Below are positions 39,101 through 49,110 of a DNA stretch of 64,000 bases, in pieces. Under the pieces are notes generated by a model, which was not told where the DNA came from, ran no database searches, and saw only the letters and a list, made by a program, of their open reading frames with translations. The translations under genes and the position numbers were made by a program. How positions within the stretch are numbered: the stretch's first letter is position 1; the number at the start of each line of letters is the position of its first letter. Source of the DNA: Nitrosopumilus sp. (GTDB lineage Archaea; Thermoproteota; Nitrososphaeria; Nitrososphaerales; Nitrosopumilaceae); the NCBI GenBank assembly GCA_965224195.1, contig OZ245040.1, forward strand, positions 448,001 to 512,000, read 5' to 3'.

Positions 39101-39242
39101 AACAAACCCTCACTTTTCTCTTATTTTATTATATGTTCTTAGTGAATACTAAGATCAAATTTCTCTCTCCTGATGAATACTGATCTCGCACTTTATGATA
39201 ATAAAAGAAATGTATATATCGTAGAAATAGTCGAAAAATATC

Positions 39243-39512
39243 ATGATTCCTATCGTAGGTACTTTCCTAAGCATCCTGTCTTCAATTACAGGACAACTAG
39301 GACCAAACTATGATCCATTATTCTATGATGTAATGATTTACATCTTCGGAACCATTATGTTCACGGTATTCCTTCTTGGAGTTATCTCATTCTGGTTGCG
39401 TGTACACGGCTGGGCTTACAAAGACAACCGTGAGAGATGGGTTGATGAATTAGACAGACACTTTGAAAGAGAAGGTATCGGTCTCATTCCAGACAACGGT
39501 AAATACTGGTAA
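39243..39512 (+). CDS. amoY: probable ammonia monooxygenase subunit AmoY
   Basis: Small membrane protein adjacent to the putative amoZ and near amoB. Confidence 0.62.
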   Translation: MIPIVGTFLSILSSITGQLGPNYDPLFYDVMIYIFGTIMFTVFLLGVISFWLRVHGWAYKDNRERWVDELDRHFEREGIGLIPDNGKYW

Positions 39513-39613
39513 AATTACCAACTTTCATCTTTTCATTATTTTTAATATCCTTTAGTGAAAACTATGGAATTTTTACATTCTAATAATTACTAATTCTTAC
39601 AAAGTCCACAATA

Positions 39614-40147
39614 CTAGTTTTCTAATTCTGGGAGGAAGTCTTTGTCTTTGGATGAATCATAATCCTTTGTAGTAAATACTCCTTTGTAGTGATATCCGTC
39701 TTGTAATGGGGTATTGCTGAATTGTGATGATTCTTTATCATTGACATAGAATGTTGATTTGTCTTGATCCATGTCTCTTAGAGGGAATTCCCACATCCAC
39801 AAAAAGTGACCAATTTCCCATGAATAATCTTCTTCCCATTCAACATAGATGGTTCCATCGTCTGTTAGAGTGTACATTGTTCTTTTACATTCTCCATCAA
39901 TTAATCCCGCATTGATATTTGCAGGAATTGGTGTTGGAAGACCATCAATAATTAACTCCAAAGTGATCTTCATTTTGTAAGGTGTTTCTCTATCATCAAT
40001 ACAGACTTTGAGAGGATTATCTTGATTTAATTGACTTTGAATGACAGTATTACCTAATCCTATTGATACTGCTATGATTGCAGATATCAAAAGAAATCTA
40101 ATAGTTTTCTTTTTCTTGTATGGATCCCCCATTCCAGGATATTTCAT
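39614..40147 (-). CDS. N-terminally anchored hypothetical protein in the amo neighbourhood
   Basis: Basic N-terminus plus TM helix; two Cys; ATG at 40147 preferred. Confidence 0.7.
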   Translation of the reverse strand: MKYPGMGDPYKKKKTIRFLLISAIIAVSIGLGNTVIQSQLNQDNPLKVCIDDRETPYKMKITLELIIDGLPTPIPANINAGLIDGECKRTMYTLTDDGTIYVEWEEDYSWEIGHFLWMWEFPLRDMDQDKSTFYVNDKESSQFSNTPLQDGYHYKGVFTTKDYDSSKDKDFLPELEN

Positions 40148-40185
40148 CGTGATGACTTTGACCAGATTCCTTAAAGTCCTTTCTC

Positions 40186-40500
40186 TTATTCGTACATAAT
40201 TTCGATTGTATCGCATTGATCCTGATGGTCTGCAAGAAAATACGTTATTTCATCTGAATCAATTTCCAACCATTCTGATTCTCCCTTGTAGGGAAGATAA
40301 TCTTCAATAAACAAATCCCCTTTTCCTGATACTCTAACAACAATTTTTTCATTTTTTGGTTTTATCTCAAAAGGTAATTTTAGAACTTTTCCCCTTCTTT
40401 GATTTTGAATATTAACTTTATATTTGTCAGAACGGAATTTTGTTTCTCCAAAAAAATAACTTTGAAAAATATCTAATTTTGTTATCTTGAAACTTAGCAT
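40186..40500 (-). CDS. hypothetical protein downstream of amoB
   Basis: 104-aa ORF with ATG start. Confidence 0.7.
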   Translation of the reverse strand: MLSFKITKLDIFQSYFFGETKFRSDKYKVNIQNQRRGKVLKLPFEIKPKNEKIVVRVSGKGDLFIEDYLPYKGESEWLEIDSDEITYFLADHQDQCDTIEIMYE

Positions 40501-40596
40501 ATTTTCATTATTGTTTTCTAGAAGATAAAACTTGGTTTATTGTTTTACGGAAACCGTAAAGAAGAATCTAATAAATGAAAAGGAAAAGTGGGTTGT

Positions 40597-41166
40597 TTAA
40601 ATTACTTGCCAGGGTCGTGTTGCAAACGTAATGACATATCCAACACCGATAATAATTGATTGATATGCGATGTTAGTATATGGGATTGGTTTGATAATTG
40701 GATCTCCTTCAACTACTACTGTTTGACCTGGACCAAGTCCTGGACCAACTTTTGCTACGTTGAGTTGGGTGTGTACGTGGTATACACCTGCTTCAAGTGC
40801 TTTGGCAGATAGTGAGTAATCGATGACTGAGTTACCTGAAATGTCAAAGACGTTTCCTGGTGGATCTCTTGCCAGCATCTCCCATCTATTACCTGCGTTG
40901 GTTGACTCTGTGAAAATTGATAGCCATCCTCTTAGGTCTCTTTCTACTAAACTAACTAAAGTTCCTTGAACTGTCAAGGTTTCGCCAGTTTGTAGGGATT
41001 GTCTGTTGAAGGTTTCATCCTCAATTCTGATGAAACGACTCTGGAGTTGTGCTTGGACACCGTGTGCATCTGCAGTTGGAAGTACGGATTCAACCCAGTT
41101 GAAACCTAAAGTTCCTAGTGCAAGTACTACAGCTAGTCCAAATACGAAAATTCTTTTTTCGACCAT
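40597..41166 (-). CDS. amoB: ammonia monooxygenase subunit B
   Basis: ADAHGVQAQLQSRF mature N-terminal His, YHVHTQ, TRPWQVI; start at MVEKRIF. Confidence 0.97.
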   Translation of the reverse strand: MVEKRIFVFGLAVVLALGTLGFNWVESVLPTADAHGVQAQLQSRFIRIEDETFNRQSLQTGETLTVQGTLVSLVERDLRGWLSIFTESTNAGNRWEMLARDPPGNVFDISGNSVIDYSLSAKALEAGVYHVHTQLNVAKVGPGLGPGQTVVVEGDPIIKPIPYTNIAYQSIIIGVGYVITFATRPWQVI

Positions 41167-41419
41167 AGTTATCCCTAAAGTCAGGAAACAAAACACGTCG
41201 TTATATGTTTTACCTTGACAACGAGGATCGATATTAAATTCAATGTATATCATTGATGTATAACACTGAAATTGATAAAAAAATGGACTAAATTATGATA
41301 TTTTAAATGTAAGAATATGTAATATTTCTATATTATTTCTATAGAATTATAATAAATTGGAAAAAATTAGCATCTTCTAAAACTCTTACTTTATATTCCG
41401 AATTCACGTGATGATATAC

Positions 41420-41983
41420 ATGGCACAGATGCCCGCATTAATCCCAAAAGAAGTTGAGATCCAGAGACTAAAGAAAGTCTGGCTCATCGTTATTGCTATG
41501 GGTTCTACTGCAGCATCAGTCGAAGTTGATAACTTCGTTGATGGTTCTTTGCATCAAACCTCTATCAGAGATAGTGCTTTCACACCAGCACACTGGTGGC
41601 TATATTCCCACTTCATCACATTACCACTTGGATGGGGAGCAGCAGCAATCTATGATAGAAAAATCCCAGTTCTTAGAGGCCCAAATAATTCAATGAACAC
41701 TGGATTGAAGATGACCATTCTTGGTTACCTTGCAACCATGTTTACAATTGGTATCAATGAGATGTGGCATTTCTGGTTTGTAGAAGAAATCTTTGCAGTT
41801 CCAAACCATTGGATGTTTAACATGGGAGTCGTAGTGGCTTTCATGGGTGCACTAGCATACGTAGTTAGAGTATATGCTCGACTCGTAGAACTTGGTGCAG
41901 AAACTCCTGGAGAAAACCCATACGTTGCAGAGATGTACAAGATGGCTTTAGAAGGCAAATTGTACAGCAGAGCAATTCCTTAG
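41420..41983 (+). CDS. amoC: ammonia monooxygenase subunit C
   Basis: DGSLHQTSIRDSAFTPAH, NEMWHFWFVEEIFAVPNHW. Confidence 0.98.
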   Translation: MAQMPALIPKEVEIQRLKKVWLIVIAMGSTAASVEVDNFVDGSLHQTSIRDSAFTPAHWWLYSHFITLPLGWGAAAIYDRKIPVLRGPNNSMNTGLKMTILGYLATMFTIGINEMWHFWFVEEIFAVPNHWMFNMGVVVAFMGALAYVVRVYARLVELGAETPGENPYVAEMYKMALEGKLYSRAIP

Positions 41984-42098
41984 AAAAAGTGCATTAGCAC
42001 ATTTTTTATTTTTATTATTTTTTATAAAGCCGTAGATCGTACTTGGCCCCATTGATTAAGAAAGACTTAAAAGGATTCTGAAATAGAATAATTCCATA

Positions 42099-42461
42099 AT
42101 GACTCTTCCTAAAGGATTTGGTTCTGGCGGTGCTGGCGGATCATCTAGCGCTGACGTAGAACGAATGATTGGTAGACGCGTTGAAAATATGACTGGAATG
42201 ATAACTCTTTCATTCTGGGCAGCATGGTTAGCAACATTTGCTGGTACTGCAGCAGGATACTTCTATTATCCTTGGGCATATCCAACTCCAAGTGGTCACT
42301 TTGCATTCATCGTATTGACAATCATTGAGGCAATAGGTTACATCTTCTGTGTTAAGGTCATGGAAGAAGGTTCCAACAAGAATAGTAATGGTATTGTAGC
42401 AGGCAGTATTGGTGCAGTTACAGTAGGTACTATCTTCATATCAATGTACGTTGGTAACTAG
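42099..42461 (+). CDS. amoX: ammonia monooxygenase subunit X
   Basis: Small multi-TM ORF between amoC and amoA. Confidence 0.9.
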   Translation: MTLPKGFGSGGAGGSSSADVERMIGRRVENMTGMITLSFWAAWLATFAGTAAGYFYYPWAYPTPSGHFAFIVLTIIEAIGYIFCVKVMEEGSNKNSNGIVAGSIGAVTVGTIFISMYVGN

Positions 42462-42569
42462 AAGGTAACCCCTTCAGATACACTTCTTTTTCATTTTCCT
42501 TTTTAGTTTAGATTAACGATCTTCGTCATACTCTAAAATTTTATATACTGACCGTTTCTTCACCTTCAT

Positions 42570-43220
42570 ATGGTCTGGTTAAGACGATGTACACACTACT
42601 TATTCATAGTAGTAGTTGCAGTTAACTCAACACTGTTAACAATTAATGCAGGAGACTACATCTTCTACACTGACTGGGCTTGGACTTCGTACACGGTATT
42701 TTCAATATCGCAAACGTTGATGCTTATTGTAGGAGCTACATACTATCTTACATTTACAGGCGTTCCAGGCACAGCAACGTACTACGCTCTAATTATGACA
42801 GTATACACATGGATTGCAAAAGGTGCATGGTTTGCACTCGGATATCCATATGACTTTATTGTAACTCCAGTTTGGCTACCCTCAGCAATGCTGTTGGACT
42901 TGGTTTACTGGGCAACAAAGAAGAACAAGCACTCCTTGATACTGTTTGGCGGCGTACTGGTAGGAATGTCATTACCATTGTTCAACATGGTAAACCTGAT
43001 AACGGTAGCAGACCCACTAGAAACGGCATTCAAATATCCAAGACCAACATTGCCACCATATATGACACCAATCGAACCGCAAGTCGGCAAATTCTATAAC
43101 AGCCCAGTTGCTCTTGGTGCAGGTGCAGGTGCAGTATTGGCATGTACATTTGCAGCTTTAGGTTGTAAATTGAATACTTGGACATACAGATGGATGGCCG
43201 CTTGGTCAAAGTGGGACTAA
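42570..43220 (+). CDS. amoA: ammonia monooxygenase subunit A
   Basis: MVWLRRCTHY...AGDYIFYTDWAW...WMAAWSKWD, 216 aa. Confidence 0.99.
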   Translation: MVWLRRCTHYLFIVVVAVNSTLLTINAGDYIFYTDWAWTSYTVFSISQTLMLIVGATYYLTFTGVPGTATYYALIMTVYTWIAKGAWFALGYPYDFIVTPVWLPSAMLLDLVYWATKKNKHSLILFGGVLVGMSLPLFNMVNLITVADPLETAFKYPRPTLPPYMTPIEPQVGKFYNSPVALGAGAGAVLACTFAALGCKLNTWTYRWMAAWSKWD

Positions 43221-43312
43221 AAACTCCAACCTTTTCCTTTTCATTTTATTATCTAACCCTTAGATGATTCTCTACAAAATTTTTTGATTTTAAAAATTCA
43301 AACTAAATTTTT

Positions 43313-44173
43313 CTAATAATTTTTAATCAATAATTCAAAGTGTCCAGTTCGTTTTTTAGAATTTGAATTGATAGAACGGTTTGCTTGGACTTTGCTAATC
43401 TTCCAAGATTTGTTTGAGAATATTTCTGCAACTTCTTTAGAGTCAGAATTTGATAATAGAACTTTACATCCTTTGGAATCTAATTTCATACAAAGTTCTG
43501 CAAGTCTGTTAAGATCCTCATATGTGAAACTCTTGTTGGTATAACTTGTAAAATTGGCAGTTTCACTAACTGGTTGGTATGGGGGATCAAAGTATACCAG
43601 ATCTCCTTTTTTTGCATCTCGAAGTACTGATTCAAAATCTCTACATTTTATGGCAACTTTACTTGATTGTAAAATAGCACTAACTGAACGTAAGTTTTCT
43701 TCATTTACTATATTGGGATTTGTGTAACTACCTAGAGGGACGTTGAATTTCCCCTTACTGTTGACTCTGTACAATCCATTAAAACAGGTTCTATTCAAAA
43801 AGAGCAATCTTGATGTCTTTTCGATTTCACTTCTAGGGTTTGCTTCTCTAACTGAATAATAGTATGTTTTAGAATCTTTTTGATAATTCCTTTCATGATT
43901 TTTTAGAGATGGAATTAATTCATCAATTCTATTTCGAATTGCAGTATATGTCAAAACTAAATCAGAGTTCAAATCTGAGATACTGCATTTTTGAGCATTT
44001 CTCTCAGCAAGGATGTGGAACAGTAATGCACCTCCACCTAAAAATGGCTCATAATAGGTACCAAAGGTTTTGGGTAAATTTTCATTTAGTATAGGAATTA
44101 GTTGACGTTTTCCACCAGCCCATTTTACAAATGGTTTTGGAGTTCCATGAATTTGGCTATAGGTCTGTTTCAA
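43313..44173 (-). CDS. Dam-like (D12 class) N6-adenine DNA methyltransferase, orphan
   Basis: KWAGGK, YYEPFLGGG, FNGLYRVN, FDPPY. Confidence 0.92.
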   Translation of the reverse strand: MKQTYSQIHGTPKPFVKWAGGKRQLIPILNENLPKTFGTYYEPFLGGGALLFHILAERNAQKCSISDLNSDLVLTYTAIRNRIDELIPSLKNHERNYQKDSKTYYYSVREANPRSEIEKTSRLLFLNRTCFNGLYRVNSKGKFNVPLGSYTNPNIVNEENLRSVSAILQSSKVAIKCRDFESVLRDAKKGDLVYFDPPYQPVSETANFTSYTNKSFTYEDLNRLAELCMKLDSKGCKVLLSNSDSKEVAEIFSNKSWKISKVQANRSINSNSKKRTGHFELLIKNY

Positions 44174-44308
44174 TAATGAATATTACAAAATTCATTATCA
44201 CTGGAGAACATAAAATAATTTAATCCCGAACTAACTTTTTTCTAGTCATGAAATAGCTTAAATAGAAATTTTGTAAATTAGTAAAAATTCATGATTTAGA
44301 AAATAGAA

Positions 44309-44382
44309 AGCTTCGAACGGGATCTGAACCCGTGACCTTTACATTACCAATGTAACGCTCTACCAGACTGAGCTACCGAAGC
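44309..44382 (-). tRNA. tRNA-Thr(GGT)
   Basis: GCTTCGG acceptor; TTACA-TTGGTAA-TGTAA anticodon arm. Confidence 0.93.
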
Positions 44383-44473
44383 ACAAATTCACCCTGTAGA
44401 AAATCCTTATAATTCTTCATTCTGGGCCAATTTACTCTAAACTGTTAAATTTCACTCAGATTTTTATCCTTTT

Positions 44474-44595
44474 GGAGGAGTAATCAAGCCTGGCCAAAGT
44501 AAGCACTATGTGCTTTTGGACATGCAGGACTTAAGATCAAATAATGGGTGATCCTGTCTCTCAGGAGTTCGTGGGTTCAAATCCCACCTCCTCCA
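44474..44595 (+). tRNA. tRNA-Leu(TAA) with two introns (44500-44521 in the D-arm, 44536-44550 at 37/38)
   Basis: GGAGGAG/CTCCTCC-A acceptor; removing both inserts gives CAGGA-CTTAAGA-TCCTG and a long variable arm; bulge-helix-bulge geometry at the junctions. Confidence 0.9.
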
Positions 44596-44596
44596 C

Positions 44597-44983
44597 TTAT
44601 CTTGGATTTTTGATTCCTCTAGAATTTAGAACTTCATAAACATCTGGCAATGAGAATACAAATCCAACATGGACACAATCTTTCTCATCGCAGAGCTGAC
44701 AAAATAATTCACCTTTTTGAATTGCAACTTCTGCAATTCTATTTTTGATATTGTCTTTTAGAACAACACGATCATCATCAACTGAAATTTTTTCAATCTT
44801 TGGAGCATATCTTGCAAAAGTCTTGTCCTTTTGCATCATCTCCTCTAACATGTAAGTTACATAACCTGCAAAACTGTTGACCCCTTTCATTGTTAGGTCG
44901 TCTTTACTCTTTTGATAAACTTCATGGAATTTATCATAAACAGTTTCTGAAACAGTGATTGATTTGAATCCGGCTTTTGGCAA
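44597..44983 (-). CDS. RHH-like N-terminus plus C-terminal Cys/His zinc-site hypothetical protein
   Basis: KSITVSETVYDKF; CQLCDEKDCVH. Confidence 0.7.
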   Translation of the reverse strand: MPKAGFKSITVSETVYDKFHEVYQKSKDDLTMKGVNSFAGYVTYMLEEMMQKDKTFARYAPKIEKISVDDDRVVLKDNIKNRIAEVAIQKGELFCQLCDEKDCVHVGFVFSLPDVYEVLNSRGIKNPR

Positions 44984-45056
44984 TTTACTTTTTCTTACCG
45001 TACAATAAAGTACTCAAGTATATAATGTTTTATTTTAATGACTATTGCATTATAGC

Positions 45057-45953
45057 ATGGGAAAAGGCTATTCTACTGAGGAGATAAGAGAAAAATTAAT
45101 TTCAATTTTGGATGATTCAGTTTCTGGAATGTCTGGAGTTGAGATTTCTGATAAAATAGGCATCAATCGAATTACAATGTCAAAATATCTCAAAGTTTTT
45201 GCAGCAGAAGGATTGCTACGACAAAAGAATATTGGAAATATTATTTTATGGTTTTTAGAACCAGGACAAGAATCATTTAATTTCCCTGATGATTATTTCA
45301 AAGTGGTTCCACAATATCTTGATTATTTGGTAAAAGGTACTGAGGATCAAGTTTACTCTTTAATTCGTAATTGTATACATTCTGGAGGTACTGTGAATCG
45401 CTTAGTATTGGAAGTGATTTTCCCTTCTATTGATTATGTTAAGAAATTATTTGATGATGGAAAAATTGGGACTTCTGAACAAAATCTCTTAATGAATACT
45501 ATCTCAAAATCACTTCAAATTTTTAACCAAATTCAGGTTGTCTCTGATCCAAAAAAGAATATAGTTGTAATGGCAGCCGAATCTGAAAGTAGACTGTATT
45601 CTGAAGCAGCTTCTGCGGTTTACCATTCTGATGGGTGGAAAGTTTCTCATTTAGGCGATATGTCCTCTTCAATCAATGTGCTATTTGATCTTGATCTTCA
45701 AAAATTAATAGGAAGAATTTGGAAGCAAAAGCCTGGTATCTTGGTAATTACAGTATTCTCTCAAACAGATGAAGGACTAAACTTTTTTGCAGATTCTATA
45801 AATCCAATAAAAGAGAAGTTTGGAAAACAAATGAAATTAGCACTTTGTGGAAACGTATCTAAAAAAACAAAAATCCAATCTGATTTGACGTCTGAAAAAA
45901 TAGGCGATATTTTACAATGGTCTCAAACCATATCTCAAAATTTAAAATGGTAA
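45057..45953 (+). CDS. HTH transcriptional regulator with degenerate B12-binding-like domain
   Basis: SGVEISDKIGINRITMSKYL HTH; cap helix region; GWKVSHLG Rossmann segment. Confidence 0.7.
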   Translation: MGKGYSTEEIREKLISILDDSVSGMSGVEISDKIGINRITMSKYLKVFAAEGLLRQKNIGNIILWFLEPGQESFNFPDDYFKVVPQYLDYLVKGTEDQVYSLIRNCIHSGGTVNRLVLEVIFPSIDYVKKLFDDGKIGTSEQNLLMNTISKSLQIFNQIQVVSDPKKNIVVMAAESESRLYSEAASAVYHSDGWKVSHLGDMSSSINVLFDLDLQKLIGRIWKQKPGILVITVFSQTDEGLNFFADSINPIKEKFGKQMKLALCGNVSKKTKIQSDLTSEKIGDILQWSQTISQNLKW

Positions 45954-45957
45954 AAAA

Positions 45958-46032
45958 TGGGCCCGATGTGATTCGAACACATGACCTTTCGATTATCAGT
46001 CGAACGCTCCAGCCAAGCTGAGCTACGAGCCC
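45958..46032 (-). tRNA. tRNA-Ile(GAT)
   Basis: GGGCTCG acceptor; TTCGA-CTGATAA-TCGAA. Confidence 0.95.
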
Positions 46033-46276
46033 ACGAACAAATCTCTAGGCTAGACTCATTTAAGTTTAATTTTGTATTCGCGAAGTGACCAGTAAATTCG
46101 TCACTCATCACACATTCTAGAAATTATTGATAATTAAACATCATGCTTTTGGAATTAATTTAATGACTTTGATATCTTTTCAATTTTTTTAATTATCATC
46201 AAAACTCTGCCATAATCATTATAATTTTTACAAATGTGATTAGGACATTATAATATCAGTACTGAGTGTGAATTTC

Positions 46277-46520
46277 ATGCCCAAAACAGAATTTACAGTT
46301 GACCAGATTGATCATGTGGGATTATCCGTTCCAGACAGAATGAGGTTTCAAAGTAGTATGAGAAAATTCTAGGACTAAAAATAGACAAACAACTAGAAAA
46401 AGACATTTCAAAGATTGGACCATTAATGATAATTACAAAAAATGCCAAAACCATGCTTGCATTATTTGAGGGTTAGCATGAAAAACAATCTGTTTCTTCA
46501 GGATTTCAAAGAGTATTAGG
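46277..46520 (+). pseudogene. VOC/glyoxalase-family pseudogene
   Basis: MPKTEFTVDQIDHVGLSVPDR, then a frameshift into ..EKILGL..GPLM..LALFEG and an in-frame stop. Confidence 0.5.
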
Positions 46521-46821
46521 GATGAATGAGTAGATATGATTATTTTTATGATGTGACACAAAGAAGACACTGTTGGGTTTACATCGAATCATATTTTATG
46601 ATGATGGATGCACTGCGCTGAATAAATATCTAATGCCAAAAAGAATGTTTTTTAGATGTACCTGGAGTACATGCTGCAACTTTTTTGAGCATGCGCAGAG
46701 AGATGTGAAGCGTTGTACCATTCATAGAAGATCTTGAAAAATATTTTCTTAAAATATACTAGCTGATAAAACCATGTAATCTTAGTAAATATTTTAATAT
46801 ATTTTTGCACTATGTGGTATT

Positions 46822-47223
46822 ATGGAGGTAATAGTAATGGTTGGTATTTCAGGTGCTGGGAAAACCACATGGGTCGAGAAGCTGTTTTCACACCATGTAA
46901 AAATTTCCCTTGATAAGATACCCGACAGCAATAGAAGAATGGAACACAATGCAATTGAAGAGAATCTCAAAATGTGTAATGACATTGTAATTGATGATAC
47001 TAATCTCACACGGGACATACGATCAAAACATATTGTTTTGGCCAAAAGGTATGATGCAAAAGTCAAATCTTTTTTTATTAACTTGCCAATGTGGAAGATA
47101 TTATACCAGAACAGAAACAGGGAAGAACCAAAACATGAGTCAGTGCTCTTTAAGATGAAAAAACAGCTAGAGGAGCTTGATGAATATGAGGGATTTGATT
47201 TTATTCAAAAGATAGGTAGCTAA
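46822..47223 (+). CDS. AAA_33 / polynucleotide-kinase-like P-loop kinase
   Basis: VMVGISGAGKTT, IVIDDTN, QNRNR, EGFD. Confidence 0.8.
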   Translation: MEVIVMVGISGAGKTTWVEKLFSHHVKISLDKIPDSNRRMEHNAIEENLKMCNDIVIDDTNLTRDIRSKHIVLAKRYDAKVKSFFINLPMWKILYQNRNREEPKHESVLFKMKKQLEELDEYEGFDFIQKIGS

Positions 47224-47403
47224 TTTTTAGACAAAATACCCATGATTAGAATTTAAGAATATCCCAGAACACATACTGAGATATATTTATGATCGTTTTA
47301 ATGACACATCGCAAACTTATTTTCTTGGTTTGATAATGCCAGACTCTGCTGCTCCATCATACCACATTTTACATAAAACACGGTGATCATATTTCATGGT
47401 ATA

Positions 47404-48377
47404 CTAGATGTCCTGCGTAACCAACTGACCTTGGTCATAATCTCAGCATTCCATTACAGCAGGATCCAAAGATAAGAAAAACCGTCTACTTCATGCTAAG
47501 CTATACAAAGCTAGCAGGAAAACCAAAGCAATTCTTGAGGTTTACAGGAATGACCGTAGCACAGTTTGATTTTTTGGCAAAAAAGATACAAAAACAATAC
47601 AAAATTACAGAGAAAAAAAGACTATCCGCAAGAAAAAGAGTTCGTGGTATTGGATCTGGAAGGCCATTCAAGCTTTCAGCAAGGGGTGGGACTCTGGTGT
47701 TGCTAATTCACTGTCGTTGCCATACAAGCTATGGCTTGCTGGAATATCTGTTTGGGGTTGATTCATCAACAGCGTGTAGAGGCATTGCAAGAATTGAGTC
47801 TGCAGTGAAGTGTGTAATTCCAATTCCTGTCAAACTGTATGCTGATTCAAAGAAGATTAACGGCATACGGCAACTGCTGGAATTCTTTCCTGGGCTGATT
47901 GCAATTACTGATGGAGCAGGACAGCAGATCCCAAGACCAGAAAATAAGAAGAGAAAAACCCACTGTTCAGGCAAAAGGAAAGGACATGCAATCAAAAATC
48001 AGATTACGGTTAACCTGAATGGTGGGATTACTCAGACCTCCGCACTCCCCTGGACGAAGAAATGATTACGCAGTACTGAAGATAAAATGCCATTAAATCT
48101 TCAGGTAGGACAGGGCATTTTATGATCCGGGGTATTTGGGTGTTGAGAAAGATCCCCCAAAACAAACTAGCATTTTACCATACAAGAGAGAAAAAGGAAA
48201 AGGGCTGGCCATATCTCAAAAGGATTGGAGCAGGCTACAGAGTAAAATCAGAATAAAAGTAGAACATGCAATTAGTAGAATAAGGAAATTCAGAATCAGT
48301 TCAGAAGCATTTAGGAACAGACTGTGCAGATATGATGGAATAAGCGACATTGTTTGTGGAATTACTAATTTCAAGAA
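47404..48377 (+). mobile_element. degenerate IS5-family (ISL2/DDE_Tnp_4-like) element with frameshifted transposase
   Basis: FLRFTGM HTH_Tnp_4-like N-terminus; ITDG..QQIPRP, SGKRKGH, DPGYLG and RIKVEHAI across frames; putative left end CTAGATGTCCTGCG at 47404; right end not found. Confidence 0.8.
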
Positions 48378-49010
48378 TAGTGCAGTATCATCGTTGAATT
48401 CTTCACCGCCTGATTTTCTCATATTGAGATATCTATCCAATGCCCTTGATGCTTCAGGTGTGAGAAAAGCCCAATATCCCTCTTCAGATTCATCATATAC
48501 TATAATTGCATAACAATCATCTGGCATCCTTTCTAGTCCGTCATATGCCAGGACTGGCTCAGCTATACCATTTGGTCTAATTCCAGTTGATGACAAAAAA
48601 TGAATTAATGCCTTTTCTACTAATTTTGTAGTAGCGCCCAATAAACCAAATACATCATCATCAGATGCAGCGTCTTTACCCCCTTTCTTTCTCTTGTCAT
48701 TTTTGATAGATCTTCTGACTATTTTCTTATGCCATAGTATAGCATTCATATCAAAGAATAATTCTGTAGATGATATCATAACTTGTATTGCTGATTTTTT
48801 TAATGATTCGTTAAGGTAGTAAACCCATGCTTGTAATACGTCTGTTATTTTTTATGGCTCAAATGCAATGAGTTCATCAAAGGACGTATTAGTTTTGATG
48901 TATTTGTTAGATGATGTAAATTTCATAAAGCGATACATATCATACGAATATGTTTTTGGCAGAATCCTCGTTAATGGATCTCCAGAATTTCCTATATTCT
49001 GGGTGTTCTA
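48378..49010 (-). pseudogene. tyrosine integrase remnant
   Basis: ALIHFLSSTGIRPNGI box-I Arg motif and YWAFLTPEASRALDRYL; truncated before box II at the IS junction; N-terminal part broken by stops. Confidence 0.7.
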
Positions 49011-49110
49011 ATGCTAATTTATCACCGTGAATAATCCACTTGTAACTGTCTACCATGTAACTTTGAGCGTAAACAGGATATAAAACAATTACTAAACTAG
49101 GAGTACAAGT

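Noticed and set aside
41167-41253. N-terminal extension of AmoB in the ORF track
   Set aside because: The extension covers the promoter; MVEKRIF gives a proper signal peptide.
43313-44173. Dam-like methylase as part of a type II R-M system
   Set aside because: It is flanked by amoA and tRNA-Thr with no endonuclease gene; treated as orphan.
46060-46250. CPNHICKNY fragment on the minus strand as an IS1-like remnant
   Set aside because: Too short and interrupted by stops to support a call.
48136-48779. Overlapping ORFs 48136-48513 (+) and 48216-48779 (-) as intact genes
   Set aside because: Each is a chimera reading through the IS/integrase junction into the antisense of the other.
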